64,000 bases of DNA from Promethearchaeia archaeon (lineage in GTDB: Archaea > Asgardarchaeota > Lokiarchaeia > Sigyniarchaeales > SOKP01): positions 128,001 through 192,000 of the forward strand of contig JAHQWJ010000120.1 of the NCBI GenBank assembly GCA_029856125.1, given 5' to 3'. Shown here piece after piece: positions 32,232 to 42,220 of the stretch (position 1 is its first letter; the number at the start of each line of letters is the position of its first letter). The notes below the pieces were generated by a model. The model had not been told where the DNA came from, searched no databases, and saw nothing but the letters and a program-made list of their open reading frames with translations. The position numbers were made by a program, and so were the translations under genes.

Positions 32232-32900
32232 TTATGATTTTACCCTTTTATTAGCTCTTATTAGCAAATAAAATCCGTAAAATAACGTTGTTATTAACAA
32301 AATTAGTCCTGGGAACACATTAGTAGCGAATGATAGTGAAAATATATCTAAACCAAACGGAACTGCAAAACTTAAAACCATAGAAATAGTATACACGAAA
32401 GAAATTGTTATTAGAACAACACCAAGAATTCTTTCCTTCCTAGCGTTTACAATACTCTTGTCAATGTAAAATAATTTAAGCTCTTTATTCCCTATTAGAG
32501 CAAAAATTGCGCTAAAAATAAATCCAAAAGACGATAAACGCATAACTATATACCCGGATAATTCAAGAAATTGGCTTGCTATTAGCTGTATAATTGCAAT
32601 TTTATAAATTAGATTTTTATCGTATCGATTACCAAGTTTAGCATTACGCAACTCAATAAAGGAAACTACTACTAAAAAAAACGCACAAACTACTAAAAAA
32701 AGTCCCTGGATTTGTAAACCGAAATAAAACCTTGGTTCCCCAACAGGATTACGAGGAAAAAGGATATAAAATCCATAAACCCAATGAACCATGTCTCCAA
32801 TATCCCAGCCTATAGCCTGAGTTACGTGAGTAGGGAAGATCAATCCACACAACGAAAAACCAAGCGACAAATAAAAGAATATCCTAATTTTCCAAGGCAT
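32232..32900 (-). CDS. Multi-TM membrane protein of unknown function
   Basis: About six hydrophobic segments. Confidence 0.7.
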   Translation of the reverse strand: MPWKIRIFFYLSLGFSLCGLIFPTHVTQAIGWDIGDMVHWVYGFYILFPRNPVGEPRFYFGLQIQGLFLVVCAFFLVVVSFIELRNAKLGNRYDKNLIYKIAIIQLIASQFLELSGYIVMRLSSFGFIFSAIFALIGNKELKLFYIDKSIVNARKERILGVVLITISFVYTISMVLSFAVPFGLDIFSLSFATNVFPGLILLITTLFYGFYLLIRANKRVKS

Positions 32901-33221
32901 GCGCTCTCTTTCGTTCTATTAATTGTCTTATAATCTCTAATTATAGGTTGTTTTTTGTCAACTTAAATATATATCTCATAGAAAAATTTAGCTCTTCATC
33001 AATTTTTTTAGTAATATGATAATAATTACTCAGTTTTTTGTCGGTACGCGGTTTTTTGTGGTTAAACAATTTTTAACGCAAGACAACAAGTTTATAAGTA
33101 AGGAGAGCAGTCTCTAAACAAAATATTAAAATTATTTATTATTATTGAAATCTTTTCAGGTTTTTTTCCCAATAAAAACATATAAAAGGCGACAAACCTT
33201 ACTAAATTTAAAAATTGTTCA

Positions 33222-33243
33222 TTATGGGAAATAAATCCCATAA
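33222..33243. promoter_or_regulatory. Perfect inverted repeat TTATGGGA-N6-TCCCATAA upstream of the wHTH / Zn-ribbon / glutamate synthase genes
   Basis: 8-bp arms, 6-nt spacer, about 33 nt before ORF 33276. Confidence 0.45.
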
Positions 33244-33275
33244 AAAAATTAAAAAAAAATTGATGTGAATTATGA

Positions 33276-33530
33276 ATGATGTTGGAAGAAATAGATAAAA
33301 GCCCCGAGGCTGCAATAATTGCAGTAGACGAAGTATTTAAGACATACGAGCTAATGTGTTTGGATAAGTTAAAGGAAATTGGAAGATCTACAGCTCGAGA
33401 ATGGTCTTTCGCAATGGGCTACACGCATCGTAGTTCACTTGCGAAAATCATACGAAGAATCACAGAACGATACCCTGAGATGCTTAAAATCTACGATAAC
33501 AGGTTTCCGAGACTCTACGAAGCAATATAA
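33276..33530 (+). CDS. Small winged-helix-like DNA-binding protein
   Basis: Helix-STAREWSFAMGY-THRSSLAKIIRRI-wing (LKIY..PRLY) pattern. Confidence 0.65.
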   Translation: MMLEEIDKSPEAAIIAVDEVFKTYELMCLDKLKEIGRSTAREWSFAMGYTHRSSLAKIIRRITERYPEMLKIYDNRFPRLYEAI

Positions 33531-33576
33531 GGTTCACTAAAGAGATGTAATCTGATATATCTTTCTGAACCTTTTT
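33529..33576 (+). terminator. Long hairpin plus U-run after the wHTH gene
   Basis: AAGGTTCA..AAAGA / TCTTT..TGAACCTT followed by T-run. Confidence 0.5.
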
Positions 33577-33651
33577 CACACATTTGATTTCGCACAAATT
33601 AGAACTTCAATTTTTTTATAAATATGAAAATCTATTAAAAGTGGTTGAAAA

Positions 33652-33885
33652 ATGATAATTAATTGTGAAAATTGTGGAATAGAGTATTCCTATGGTCGAA
33701 ATGTTTGCCATATGTGTGGAGACAATACATTATTCTTTGGTGCAATTTTTGGAGAGGAACGAACTGAACATAAATGGAGCTATGTTTCAGGTACGGACTG
33801 TATTGAGATTTTAACAGAAAAACCTGAATTGTCCAAATCTATTATAAAAGTTTTCCCGGAGAAATGGGATGGAGGTATGATGTAG
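33652..33885 (+). CDS. Small Zn-ribbon protein coupled to glutamate synthase
   Basis: CENCGIEYSYGRNVCHMC; stop is 1 nt before the next ATG. Confidence 0.75.
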   Translation: MIINCENCGIEYSYGRNVCHMCGDNTLFFGAIFGEERTEHKWSYVSGTDCIEILTEKPELSKSIIKVFPEKWDGGMM

Positions 33886-33886
33886 A

Positions 33887-35536
33887 ATGACAAAATTTTC
33901 GATGGTTACTCACAAAACAAGCATGATTGGTTCAAGGACAAGAGTTGAAGATTCTTGTGAATCTGGATTATGCCCGATATGTATTGCGGATTGTCCTGTG
34001 TTCTGTGAGGTCTCGAAATCAGCGTTAAGAGGTCGAGAAGCGCTATATCCTCGAAGAGAATATTTTGGAAACTCAACAGCAGGAACACCAAAAGATTTTG
34101 GTTTATCCTATGGCGATTTTCAAATTCAATTTGAAGTGCGAGGCGCTCAAGGGATCGAAGCTCATGAAGACAAGGTGATTTTCCCAAATGTGGATATGAC
34201 GATGCGTTGGGGTAATATATTACAAAAATTACCTATCGTGATCGCAGGACTTGGTAGCACTTACGTAGCTAAGCGGAATTGGGAAGGTTTAGCAATCGGG
34301 GCTGCTTTAGCAGGTGTAAGTATTACAGTTGGAGAAAATGTAGTTGGGATGGATCAATTTGCTCAATTCGCAAATCATAGCGTTTATCCTCAAGTAACTG
34401 ATACAGATGATATGAAATTTCGTGTCAACACCTATAGAGAGTTTTGGGACGGAAAGCATGGTGATATAATTGTCCAGAAAAATGTTGAAGACACGAGGCT
34501 CGGAGTATTCGATTACGTGATGTCAAAATTGGATATAGAATCACTTGAGTTGAAATTTGGTCAAGGAGCAAAAGCAATCGGAGGGGAAGTAAGGTTATCC
34601 TCTTTAGAGAGAGCACAACTGCTTCAACAACGAGGTTATTTAGTCTTTCCTGATCCCTCAGATCCAATGGTTATAGATCAATGGAACGCAGGGTTAATAC
34701 CTGACTTTGAAAGGCATAGCAGAGTAGGATTGTCCACAACTGAAGACGTTTTAGAAGAAATAGACCATGTTCGCTCGTCAGGAGCAAAAAACATATTTAT
34801 TAAAACTGGAGCTTATCGTCCAGCGGCAACAGCTTGGTTATTAAGGTTAGCAGTGGAAGGAAAGGTAGATGGAATAACATTTGACGGTGCTGGAGGAGGA
34901 ACAGGGATGAGTCCTGTGAGCATGATGAATGAAGGTTCAATTCCAACAGTTTATTTAGAAGCTCTTGTAGTTGGATGTTTAGACATGATAAAAAAGAAAA
35001 ATCCTAATGTTAATATTCCAACCGTGGCCATCGCGGGTGGAATTGCAAACGAGACGCAGATGTTCAAAGCTCTTGCCATGGGTGCACCCTATGTGAAATG
35101 TATAGCCATGGCAAGGGCTCCAATAACAGCTGCTATGAAATCTAAGTATATTGGTGAAACTATCTCAAAGGGTACGGTCACACCAGCGATGTTGAAAAGT
35201 TTAGGATTTCCCAAAGATAAGAATCCCTCGAGTTTAAGCCTTAATGAAGCTTTCGTAGAATATGATAATTTGTTGAAGATTCACAAAGGAAAAGAAATTC
35301 CTGCCTCCGCAGTTGGAGTTTATACGTATTTTGAAAGTAAGCTTGGTACTGGTTTAAAACAATTATCAGCTGGGGCTAGAAAATTCAATTTGGACCTTAT
35401 AGATCGTCATGATATCGCTTATATTACTCAGCGCGCTAAAGACGTGTGTAATAAATGGAATTTGCATGTTGAGTCTCAAGAATCTCTTGATTTTGAATTG
35501 GTAAAGAACGAGATATATTCAGGAAACTACGAATAA
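33887..35536 (+). CDS. FMN-binding glutamate synthase-family protein with N-terminal Cys cluster
   Basis: ELKFGQGAK..GGE, IKTG, DGAGGGTG, IAGG, KALAMGA; N-terminal CESGLCPICIADCPVFC. Confidence 0.88.
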   Translation: MTKFSMVTHKTSMIGSRTRVEDSCESGLCPICIADCPVFCEVSKSALRGREALYPRREYFGNSTAGTPKDFGLSYGDFQIQFEVRGAQGIEAHEDKVIFPNVDMTMRWGNILQKLPIVIAGLGSTYVAKRNWEGLAIGAALAGVSITVGENVVGMDQFAQFANHSVYPQVTDTDDMKFRVNTYREFWDGKHGDIIVQKNVEDTRLGVFDYVMSKLDIESLELKFGQGAKAIGGEVRLSSLERAQLLQQRGYLVFPDPSDPMVIDQWNAGLIPDFERHSRVGLSTTEDVLEEIDHVRSSGAKNIFIKTGAYRPAATAWLLRLAVEGKVDGITFDGAGGGTGMSPVSMMNEGSIPTVYLEALVVGCLDMIKKKNPNVNIPTVAIAGGIANETQMFKALAMGAPYVKCIAMARAPITAAMKSKYIGETISKGTVTPAMLKSLGFPKDKNPSSLSLNEAFVEYDNLLKIHKGKEIPASAVGVYTYFESKLGTGLKQLSAGARKFNLDLIDRHDIAYITQRAKDVCNKWNLHVESQESLDFELVKNEIYSGNYE

Positions 35537-35623
35537 CTATTTGAGAATATTAATAAAATACTATATTTTTATTTTATTTTTTTTATTTGAACTAATTCTT
35601 AGAAAAAATAAATATTAGAAAGA

Positions 35624-37435
35624 TTAATTCATTGCTTTTTCAAATTCGTTAACAAATGCTTCATATTGGTTTATCCCTAACTCCCAGAAATCTTGTTTTG
35701 TGATATCTAATCCAACTAGAGCTCCTAATTCTTCTGGAGATAAACTACCGCCTGCTGCTAGCAATTTTTTAAATTTAGGAACAAAATCTTCTCCTTCATT
35801 TTTATAAGTCTGATACAACGCATATACAAAAAGCTGAGCGTAAACATAGGGATAATTGTAGAATCGAAAATTCGGGAAAAAGTAATGCGGCTTCATTGTC
35901 CATTCCCAGTCCATCTCTTCGAACCATTCTACAGAATCTCCGTAAATTTTATCTCTTCCAGCACACCAATATTTTGAAATCGTTTTACCGTCTAAATTTT
36001 CACTCTTTTCAATAGCTTTATACAAGCCTTGTTCAAACCACACTCTCGCGCTAACTTGAAATGCTGCTTGACCTGCGTCGTCTAAAACATGTGCTAAAAT
36101 AGCTAATTTTTCTTCTTTAGAGTTAGCCTTTTCTAAGAGGAGGTCTGTCATTAATAACTCTCCAAAAGTGGATGCTGTTTCTGCAACGGTGTAACTTGGA
36201 TGAATGTTAAAATATGTTTGTTCATCAATTGCTAGATAACCATGTATTGCGTGACCAAGTTCATGTATTAACGTATAAATATCAGTAATTTCTCCAGTAT
36301 AAGTCATGAGAATATAAGCAGATTTCCCTTTAAACCAATCAGCGCAGTTTGCCCCATTCCTTTTTCCTTCTCGTGGACTAGCATCAATGTGATTACGATT
36401 AAACATATCACGCACAATTTCTACGCATTCTGAATCGAATTTTTTATATGCTTGAATTACTAATTCTTTTGCTTCATCCCAAGAATGTTTTGTATGTGGA
36501 ACATTAGGTAGTGGAGCTCTAATATCAGCACAATTTAACTTAGGAAGGTTCAAAACATCGGCTTTAAGTTTTAAATATCTACGATACACGCTTACACCCT
36601 TTTCAATAGCTTTCATTAAATTATCGATTATTAATTGCGTTGTATCATTAACTAAGAGACTATTGTGCATTGGACTATCGTACTTGCGCCTTTTAGAATT
36701 ATTTACCCAATCTCCACATATACTTCTTAGAGCTAAAGAAAACACGGTTTCCTCTTTCCCAAGTAAGCCGTAAATAGACTTGTTGGCTGATATTCGGGTT
36801 CCTCTATCAGGGTGAGTAAGTAACGAATTAGCTTCCCCGTACGATAATTCTTTATCTTCACCTTCAACATTTACTATGATTTTTCTTGTATTCAACCACT
36901 TAGACTGCAACATACTCCATGCTCTTACTCCATATTGATCCTTTTCAAGAATTAGTTGTTCTTCTAATTCAGTCAGATTATGAGGGAACTTTCTTTTAAT
37001 ATTTTCTAAAATATGTTGATAGTTCGATAAAATGGGATCATTTACTAAAACTGGAATATCATAGACATATTTCGCTACATCAAGTTCTAAAAAAGCTAGA
37101 TCCTTAGATAATTTAGTCGTATAATCTTCTACTTTGTTTTTTAAGGCTTCGCTCTCAGGAATAGTCATTTTTGCACTATATAGTCTATTCTTATAGAGGT
37201 CAAGTTCGCTTAAATCCGCTTGAAATTTCTCCTGTCTCTTGAATAAATCTAACAATTTTTGTGGAGTAAAACTATCTGAAGTAATCTTTCCTTTGTAATC
37301 GTTAATAATATTTTTTGTTTCTTTTAAGAGTCTACTCATTGTTTCAGCTATTTTTGGATCATCATGACTAGCAAAGATTTCAGTTAAATCCCATGCAATT
37401 TCGTTTTCAATCATAACAAACAAAATGTAGGTCAT
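35624..37435 (-). CDS. pepF: Oligoendopeptidase F (peptidase M3B)
   Basis: WDL N-terminus, HELGH zincin motif, AETASTF, FYNYPY. Confidence 0.92.
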   Translation of the reverse strand: MTYILFVMIENEIAWDLTEIFASHDDPKIAETMSRLLKETKNIINDYKGKITSDSFTPQKLLDLFKRQEKFQADLSELDLYKNRLYSAKMTIPESEALKNKVEDYTTKLSKDLAFLELDVAKYVYDIPVLVNDPILSNYQHILENIKRKFPHNLTELEEQLILEKDQYGVRAWSMLQSKWLNTRKIIVNVEGEDKELSYGEANSLLTHPDRGTRISANKSIYGLLGKEETVFSLALRSICGDWVNNSKRRKYDSPMHNSLLVNDTTQLIIDNLMKAIEKGVSVYRRYLKLKADVLNLPKLNCADIRAPLPNVPHTKHSWDEAKELVIQAYKKFDSECVEIVRDMFNRNHIDASPREGKRNGANCADWFKGKSAYILMTYTGEITDIYTLIHELGHAIHGYLAIDEQTYFNIHPSYTVAETASTFGELLMTDLLLEKANSKEEKLAILAHVLDDAGQAAFQVSARVWFEQGLYKAIEKSENLDGKTISKYWCAGRDKIYGDSVEWFEEMDWEWTMKPHYFFPNFRFYNYPYVYAQLFVYALYQTYKNEGEDFVPKFKKLLAAGGSLSPEELGALVGLDITKQDFWELGINQYEAFVNEFEKAMN

Positions 37436-37501
37436 CTAATAAATAAAAATGTTTTTAGCGAGAAAACGAATCTTCATAGATTTTTTAAGAAAGGAAAGAG
37501 G

Positions 37502-39061
37502 CTACTCATATTCAATTGTGCTTGGTGGTTTGTTAGAAATATCATACACGACTCGATTAATTCCCTTTACTTCGTTTATGATGCGAGTGCCAATTTTTTC
37601 TAGTAATTCCCAATCCAGCTTGGCAAAGTTGGCAGTCATTGCGTCTAAAGACTCGACAACTCGTATAGCACAAATATATTCATAGGTACGATAATCTCCC
37701 ATAATTCCTACAGTTTTTAGAGGTAAAAATACGCAGAATGCTTGCCAAAGACTATCGTAAATTTTTGCTTTCTTGATCTCGTCGATCAAAACCTTATCAG
37801 CGTCTCTTAAGATGTCTAGTTTTTTCTTGTCAATTGGACCAATTATTCTTACTGCTAATCCAGGGCCCGGAAATGGATGCCGTAATACAATGCTTTCGGG
37901 TAACCCTAATTGTAATCCTATTTTTCTTACCTCGTCTTTATATAACTCTTTCAGTGGCTCAATAATTTTTAATGTCATGTTATCTGGTAAGGTTAAATTA
38001 TGGTGAGATTTTATTTTTACTGATGCGTTGCTCGTAGCGCTCGTTTCTACTCGATCGGGATAAATTGTTCCCTGAGCTAAGTATTTAATATCAGGATAAA
38101 CCTTTTCTAATTCGATCGTTTTTTTTTCAAATACCTCAATAAATGTGTGGCCGATAATATGCCTTTTTTCTTCAGGATCATCAATCTTTTTTAACCTTTC
38201 TAAAAATAACCCTTCAGCGTTAACATAATGGAAGTTTTCAAATTTTAATTCTTGTTCAAATGTTTTTTTGACCTCAACAACCTCGTTTTTTCTTAAAACA
38301 CCATTATTTACAAATATACTATGTAACCGACTTCCTATCGCTTTTTGGAGCAAAATCGCAACAACGGATGAATCTACCCCCCCGCTTAAGCCTAAAATAA
38401 CTCTATTTTTCGGTCCGACTTCTTTCTTAATATTTTCAATTGATTTTTCAATCCAATTTTCTAACTTCCATTCTTTCTTCGCTTTTACAATGTTCAAAAC
38501 GAAGTTTTTCAAAATTGTAATCCCCTTTTGCGTATGGATAACTTCCGGATGAAATTGAACCCCAAATAAATTCAAACGTTCATTTGCATACGCTGCAATG
38601 GGGCAAGTACTTGTTCTTGCTAATACTTCGAAACCGTCTGGCATAGATTCGACTTGGTCACCGTGTGACATCCATACAGTCTCCCTCTTATCTAAAGATT
38701 CGAATAGTTTCTTAGGCTTGAGGATTTCTAACTCCGTTTTACCATATTCTTTTTGTTTAAATGGTTTTATTCTTCCACCTAATTGATGAATTATCAAGTG
38801 TAAACCATAACAAATCCCCAAAACAGGTATTTTTTCCTCTTTTACAAAACTAAAGAAAATTTTTGTAAGTTGTGGGCTATCCTCCTCGTAGACGCTACTA
38901 GGCCCACCAGAAAGAACAATCCCTTTTGGGTTGACTCTTTTTAATTCTTCAATAGAGACATTGTATGGTAAAATTTCGGAATATACTCCTAATTCTCTAA
39001 TACGTCTAACTATAAGGTGCGTATACTGTGAACCCATGTCTATTACGCAGATTTTATCCAT
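37502..39061 (-). CDS. guaA: GMP synthase (fused GATase + ATPPase)
   Basis: GSQYT, GICYG, QFHPE, SGGVDS, IKSHHN, PFPGPG, KPPSTIE. Confidence 0.97.
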   Translation of the reverse strand: MDKICVIDMGSQYTHLIVRRIRELGVYSEILPYNVSIEELKRVNPKGIVLSGGPSSVYEEDSPQLTKIFFSFVKEEKIPVLGICYGLHLIIHQLGGRIKPFKQKEYGKTELEILKPKKLFESLDKRETVWMSHGDQVESMPDGFEVLARTSTCPIAAYANERLNLFGVQFHPEVIHTQKGITILKNFVLNIVKAKKEWKLENWIEKSIENIKKEVGPKNRVILGLSGGVDSSVVAILLQKAIGSRLHSIFVNNGVLRKNEVVEVKKTFEQELKFENFHYVNAEGLFLERLKKIDDPEEKRHIIGHTFIEVFEKKTIELEKVYPDIKYLAQGTIYPDRVETSATSNASVKIKSHHNLTLPDNMTLKIIEPLKELYKDEVRKIGLQLGLPESIVLRHPFPGPGLAVRIIGPIDKKKLDILRDADKVLIDEIKKAKIYDSLWQAFCVFLPLKTVGIMGDYRTYEYICAIRVVESLDAMTANFAKLDWELLEKIGTRIINEVKGINRVVYDISNKPPSTIEYE

Positions 39062-39219
39062 AGAATATTACCTACTTTGTATTGTTGATTAAGTATTTAT
39101 TAAATTGATATTGTAATTAACCTTTTCAATATAAAATATATATTGATTATCTCGTAAAAGAATATAATACATAAAAGAAAAAAGGATAAAAAATCTAATT
39201 GGATTGAATTATTGGTCTT

Positions 39220-39290
39220 TTAATGCCAGCCTCTCAATCCTATAGCTTCAAAAACTAATTTGAACATTCGTTTACTAAGCTGCTTGAGTT
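39220..39290 (-). pseudogene. Possible decayed 3' end of a glutamate dehydrogenase gene
   Basis: Minus-strand VFEAIGLRGWH*, preceded out of frame by QAA*, resembles the GDH C-terminus (GAYLIAIDRVINAMKLRGWL). Confidence 0.35.
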
Positions 39291-39419
39291 ATCAATTAAT
39301 TAAAAATATAGTATTTATAGTTCAAAAAAGTAATAATTAAATGCTTATTCATAAAGCAGAACTTATACTAAATGATATTTTATTAAAATCATAGAAACTA
39401 AACTAAAGAAGAAAAAATC

Positions 39420-40670
39420 ATGAAAGAAAATTTAGATCCGTTTCAGATCTCTCAAATACAACTTTATAATGCATGTAAGATTCGAGGTTGTGATAGAGAA
39501 ATTTATAACTCTTTAAGTCAACCTGAAAGATTCGTTGAAATAAAGCTTACAATAAAGATGGATGATAATTCACTTAAAACTTTCAAGGGTTTTCGTTCTC
39601 AATACAATTCTGCTAGAGGTCCAATGAAAGGAGGTATAAGGTGGCATCCTGATGAAACTGCTGCACTTGTAAAAGCATTGAGCGCTTGGATGACATGGAA
39701 ATGCGCATGTGTAGATATTCCATTGGGGGGCGCTAAAGGTGGTATCATTTGTAATCCAAAAGAAATGAGTAATAGAGAATTAGAAGCGCTTGCAAGAAGT
39801 TATATTAGGAAAATAGCAGATTTTATAGGGCCAAGTATTGATGTTCCCGCTCCTGATGTCTATACTAACCCCCAAATTATGGCATGGATGATGGATGAAT
39901 ATGAAATAATTATACGTAAACATGCACCCTCTGTAATCACTGGAAAACCATTACCTTTAGGAGGTAGTGCTGGGCGTTCAATCGCAACGGCTAAAGGTGG
40001 ATCTTATTGCATCAGAGAAGCTGCAAAAGGTATTGGTTTAGACATAAATGGAGCAAGAGTTGTAATACAGGGATACGGAAATGCTGGTTCTTGGGCGGCT
40101 AAAATCCTGCAAGATGATTATAATTGCAAGATAATTGCGGTTTCCGATTCAAAAGGGGGTATTTACAATAAAGATGGAATTGATGCTTATTTTGCTTCGG
40201 AACATAAAGAAAAAACTTCCACGGTAGTAGGATTGAAAGGAACGCAAGAAATAACAAATAATGAAATATTGGAATTAGAATGTGATGTTTTAATTCCTTC
40301 TGCGCTTGAAAATGTAATTACACGTAAAAATTCACAAAATTTAGATTGTAAAATTATCGCGGAACTCGCAAATGGACCAACAACACCTGCAGGAGATCAA
40401 ATCTTGTTTAAAAACGATATTATTGTTATTCCTGATTTTTTATGTAATGCTGGAGGAGTTACTGTTTCTTATTTCGAAATGGTGCAAGGATATTATCAAT
40501 ACTTCTGGACTGAGGCAGAAGTATTTACTGCTTTGGATAAAATAATAACTAAAGCATATGCTTCTGTTGTTGAAAAAGCAAAAGAATATAATTCTAATTA
40601 TAGAATGGGTGCATATTTAATTGCTATTGATAGGGTTATAAATGCCATGAAATTACGTGGTTGGTTATAG
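39420..40670 (+). CDS. gdhA: Glutamate dehydrogenase (copy 1)
   Basis: GPMKGG, MTWK, GGAKGG, PAPDV, TGKP, GYGNAG, ELANGP. Confidence 0.95.
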   Translation: MKENLDPFQISQIQLYNACKIRGCDREIYNSLSQPERFVEIKLTIKMDDNSLKTFKGFRSQYNSARGPMKGGIRWHPDETAALVKALSAWMTWKCACVDIPLGGAKGGIICNPKEMSNRELEALARSYIRKIADFIGPSIDVPAPDVYTNPQIMAWMMDEYEIIIRKHAPSVITGKPLPLGGSAGRSIATAKGGSYCIREAAKGIGLDINGARVVIQGYGNAGSWAAKILQDDYNCKIIAVSDSKGGIYNKDGIDAYFASEHKEKTSTVVGLKGTQEITNNEILELECDVLIPSALENVITRKNSQNLDCKIIAELANGPTTPAGDQILFKNDIIVIPDFLCNAGGVTVSYFEMVQGYYQYFWTEAEVFTALDKIITKAYASVVEKAKEYNSNYRMGAYLIAIDRVINAMKLRGWL

Positions 40671-40856
40671 ACATAGTAGTATGATTTTTCCCTATTTTTT
40701 AAAAGCCATAATTTACACCAAAAAATGAAAAAACTATCTTTTTATTTGTTTTTAATGAACAAAAATACAATTCTTATCTACTAATAGAGTGTTTTATTAA
40801 AAATAATTTAATTTTAAATACAATATAAAATATTAACTAATCATAATAGTAATAAT

Positions 40857-42122
40857 TTGGAGTTTAGAACTATGATAATAAACCCATATGAGAGTGCTAA
40901 AAAAAAAATTGATATAGCGGCAGAATTAATTAATTTGCACCCAAATACTTTAGAATATCTAAAAAAGACAGAAAGAGCGCTCGTTGTTTCTATCCCATTA
41001 AAGATGGATGATGGTTCTCTCGAAATTTTTGAAGGTTATAGAGTTCATCATTCTACTTTACGAGGTCCAGGAAAAGGAGGAGTAAGATATGCTCCTTGGG
41101 TGACTCTTGACGAGATGAAAGCTTTAGCCCTATTGATGACGTTTAAGACTGCTTTATTAGGGTTACCTCTTGGTGGTTCTAAAGGTGGTATAAGAGTCGA
41201 TACTAAAAAACTCTCAGATCGAGAGTTAGAGACGTTAACGAGAAGATATACCATGGAAATTATAAATATGATTGGACCAGAAAAAGATGTTGCCGCACCA
41301 GACATGTATACCGACTCACGCACAATGGCTTGGATGATGGATACATATAGTATGCAAAAAGGGCGAACTATTCCTGGAGTCGTTACTGGTAAACCAATTG
41401 AGATTGGAGGCTCTATAGGGAGAGCTGACGCCCCTGGTACAGGGATGGTTTATATCTTACAGCATTTATGTCAAAAACTAAATTATGATATAAACAAAAT
41501 GAGTGTTGTAATTCAAGGATTTGGCAAAGTAGGATCTGTTGTTGCCAAGAATTTATGTAACAACTCCTGCAATGTTATAGCAATCTCTGAAGAAGAAGGA
41601 GGAATATATTCACCAGATGGTTTAGATATGGATAAATTAATTAAATGGAAACAACAAGGTAATTTGGTAAAAGAATATGAAGGTAAAAATACAAGCCCAA
41701 TTACCAATGATGAATTACTAAGCACTAAATGTGATGTTTTAATTCCTGCTGCTGTTGAAAATCAGATTTTTAGCGGAAATGCAGATAAGATAGATTGTAG
41801 AATAATATTAGAAGGCGCAAATAGTCCAACAACTTCCCAAGCAGATGCAATCCTGGAGGAAAAAGAGATAGTAGTTGTTCCAGATATTCTTGCAAATAGT
41901 GGAGGAATATGCGTATCTTATTTTGAATATATTCAAGATATGCAAAGTTATTTCTGGAAGTTAGATCGCGTTAATAGTGAAATGAAAACTATTCTTGTAG
42001 ACACATTTGAGGATATAATTAACTTTTCAAAAAAAATGAATACATCACTCCGAACGGCAGCATATGCTATTAGTACAACTCGATTAGCAAAAGCACATGA
42101 ATTGAGAGGCTTATTTCCTTAA
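40857..42122 (+). CDS. gdhA: Glutamate dehydrogenase-family protein (copy 2, divergent motifs)
   Basis: GPGKGG, MTFK, GGSKGG, AAPDM, GRADAPG, GFGKVG, EGANSP. Confidence 0.88.
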   Translation: MEFRTMIINPYESAKKKIDIAAELINLHPNTLEYLKKTERALVVSIPLKMDDGSLEIFEGYRVHHSTLRGPGKGGVRYAPWVTLDEMKALALLMTFKTALLGLPLGGSKGGIRVDTKKLSDRELETLTRRYTMEIINMIGPEKDVAAPDMYTDSRTMAWMMDTYSMQKGRTIPGVVTGKPIEIGGSIGRADAPGTGMVYILQHLCQKLNYDINKMSVVIQGFGKVGSVVAKNLCNNSCNVIAISEEEGGIYSPDGLDMDKLIKWKQQGNLVKEYEGKNTSPITNDELLSTKCDVLIPAAVENQIFSGNADKIDCRIILEGANSPTTSQADAILEEKEIVVVPDILANSGGICVSYFEYIQDMQSYFWKLDRVNSEMKTILVDTFEDIINFSKKMNTSLRTAAYAISTTRLAKAHELRGLFP

Positions 42123-42172
42123 ATGTGAGCAATTAAGTTTATGAGAATTAAGCAGATATTATTATTATAAAG

Positions 42173-42199
42173 AATAAAATAAAATAAAATAAAATAAAA
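42173..42199. repeat. (AATAA)n pentanucleotide tract
   Basis: About five tandem units between gdh copies 2 and 3. Confidence 0.6.
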
Positions 42200-42220
42200 A
42201 ATAGAAAAAAGTGTATCATA

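Noticed and set aside
42173-42199. (AATAA)n tract as a CRISPR or functional repeat
   Set aside because: Simple low-complexity tract with no spacers.
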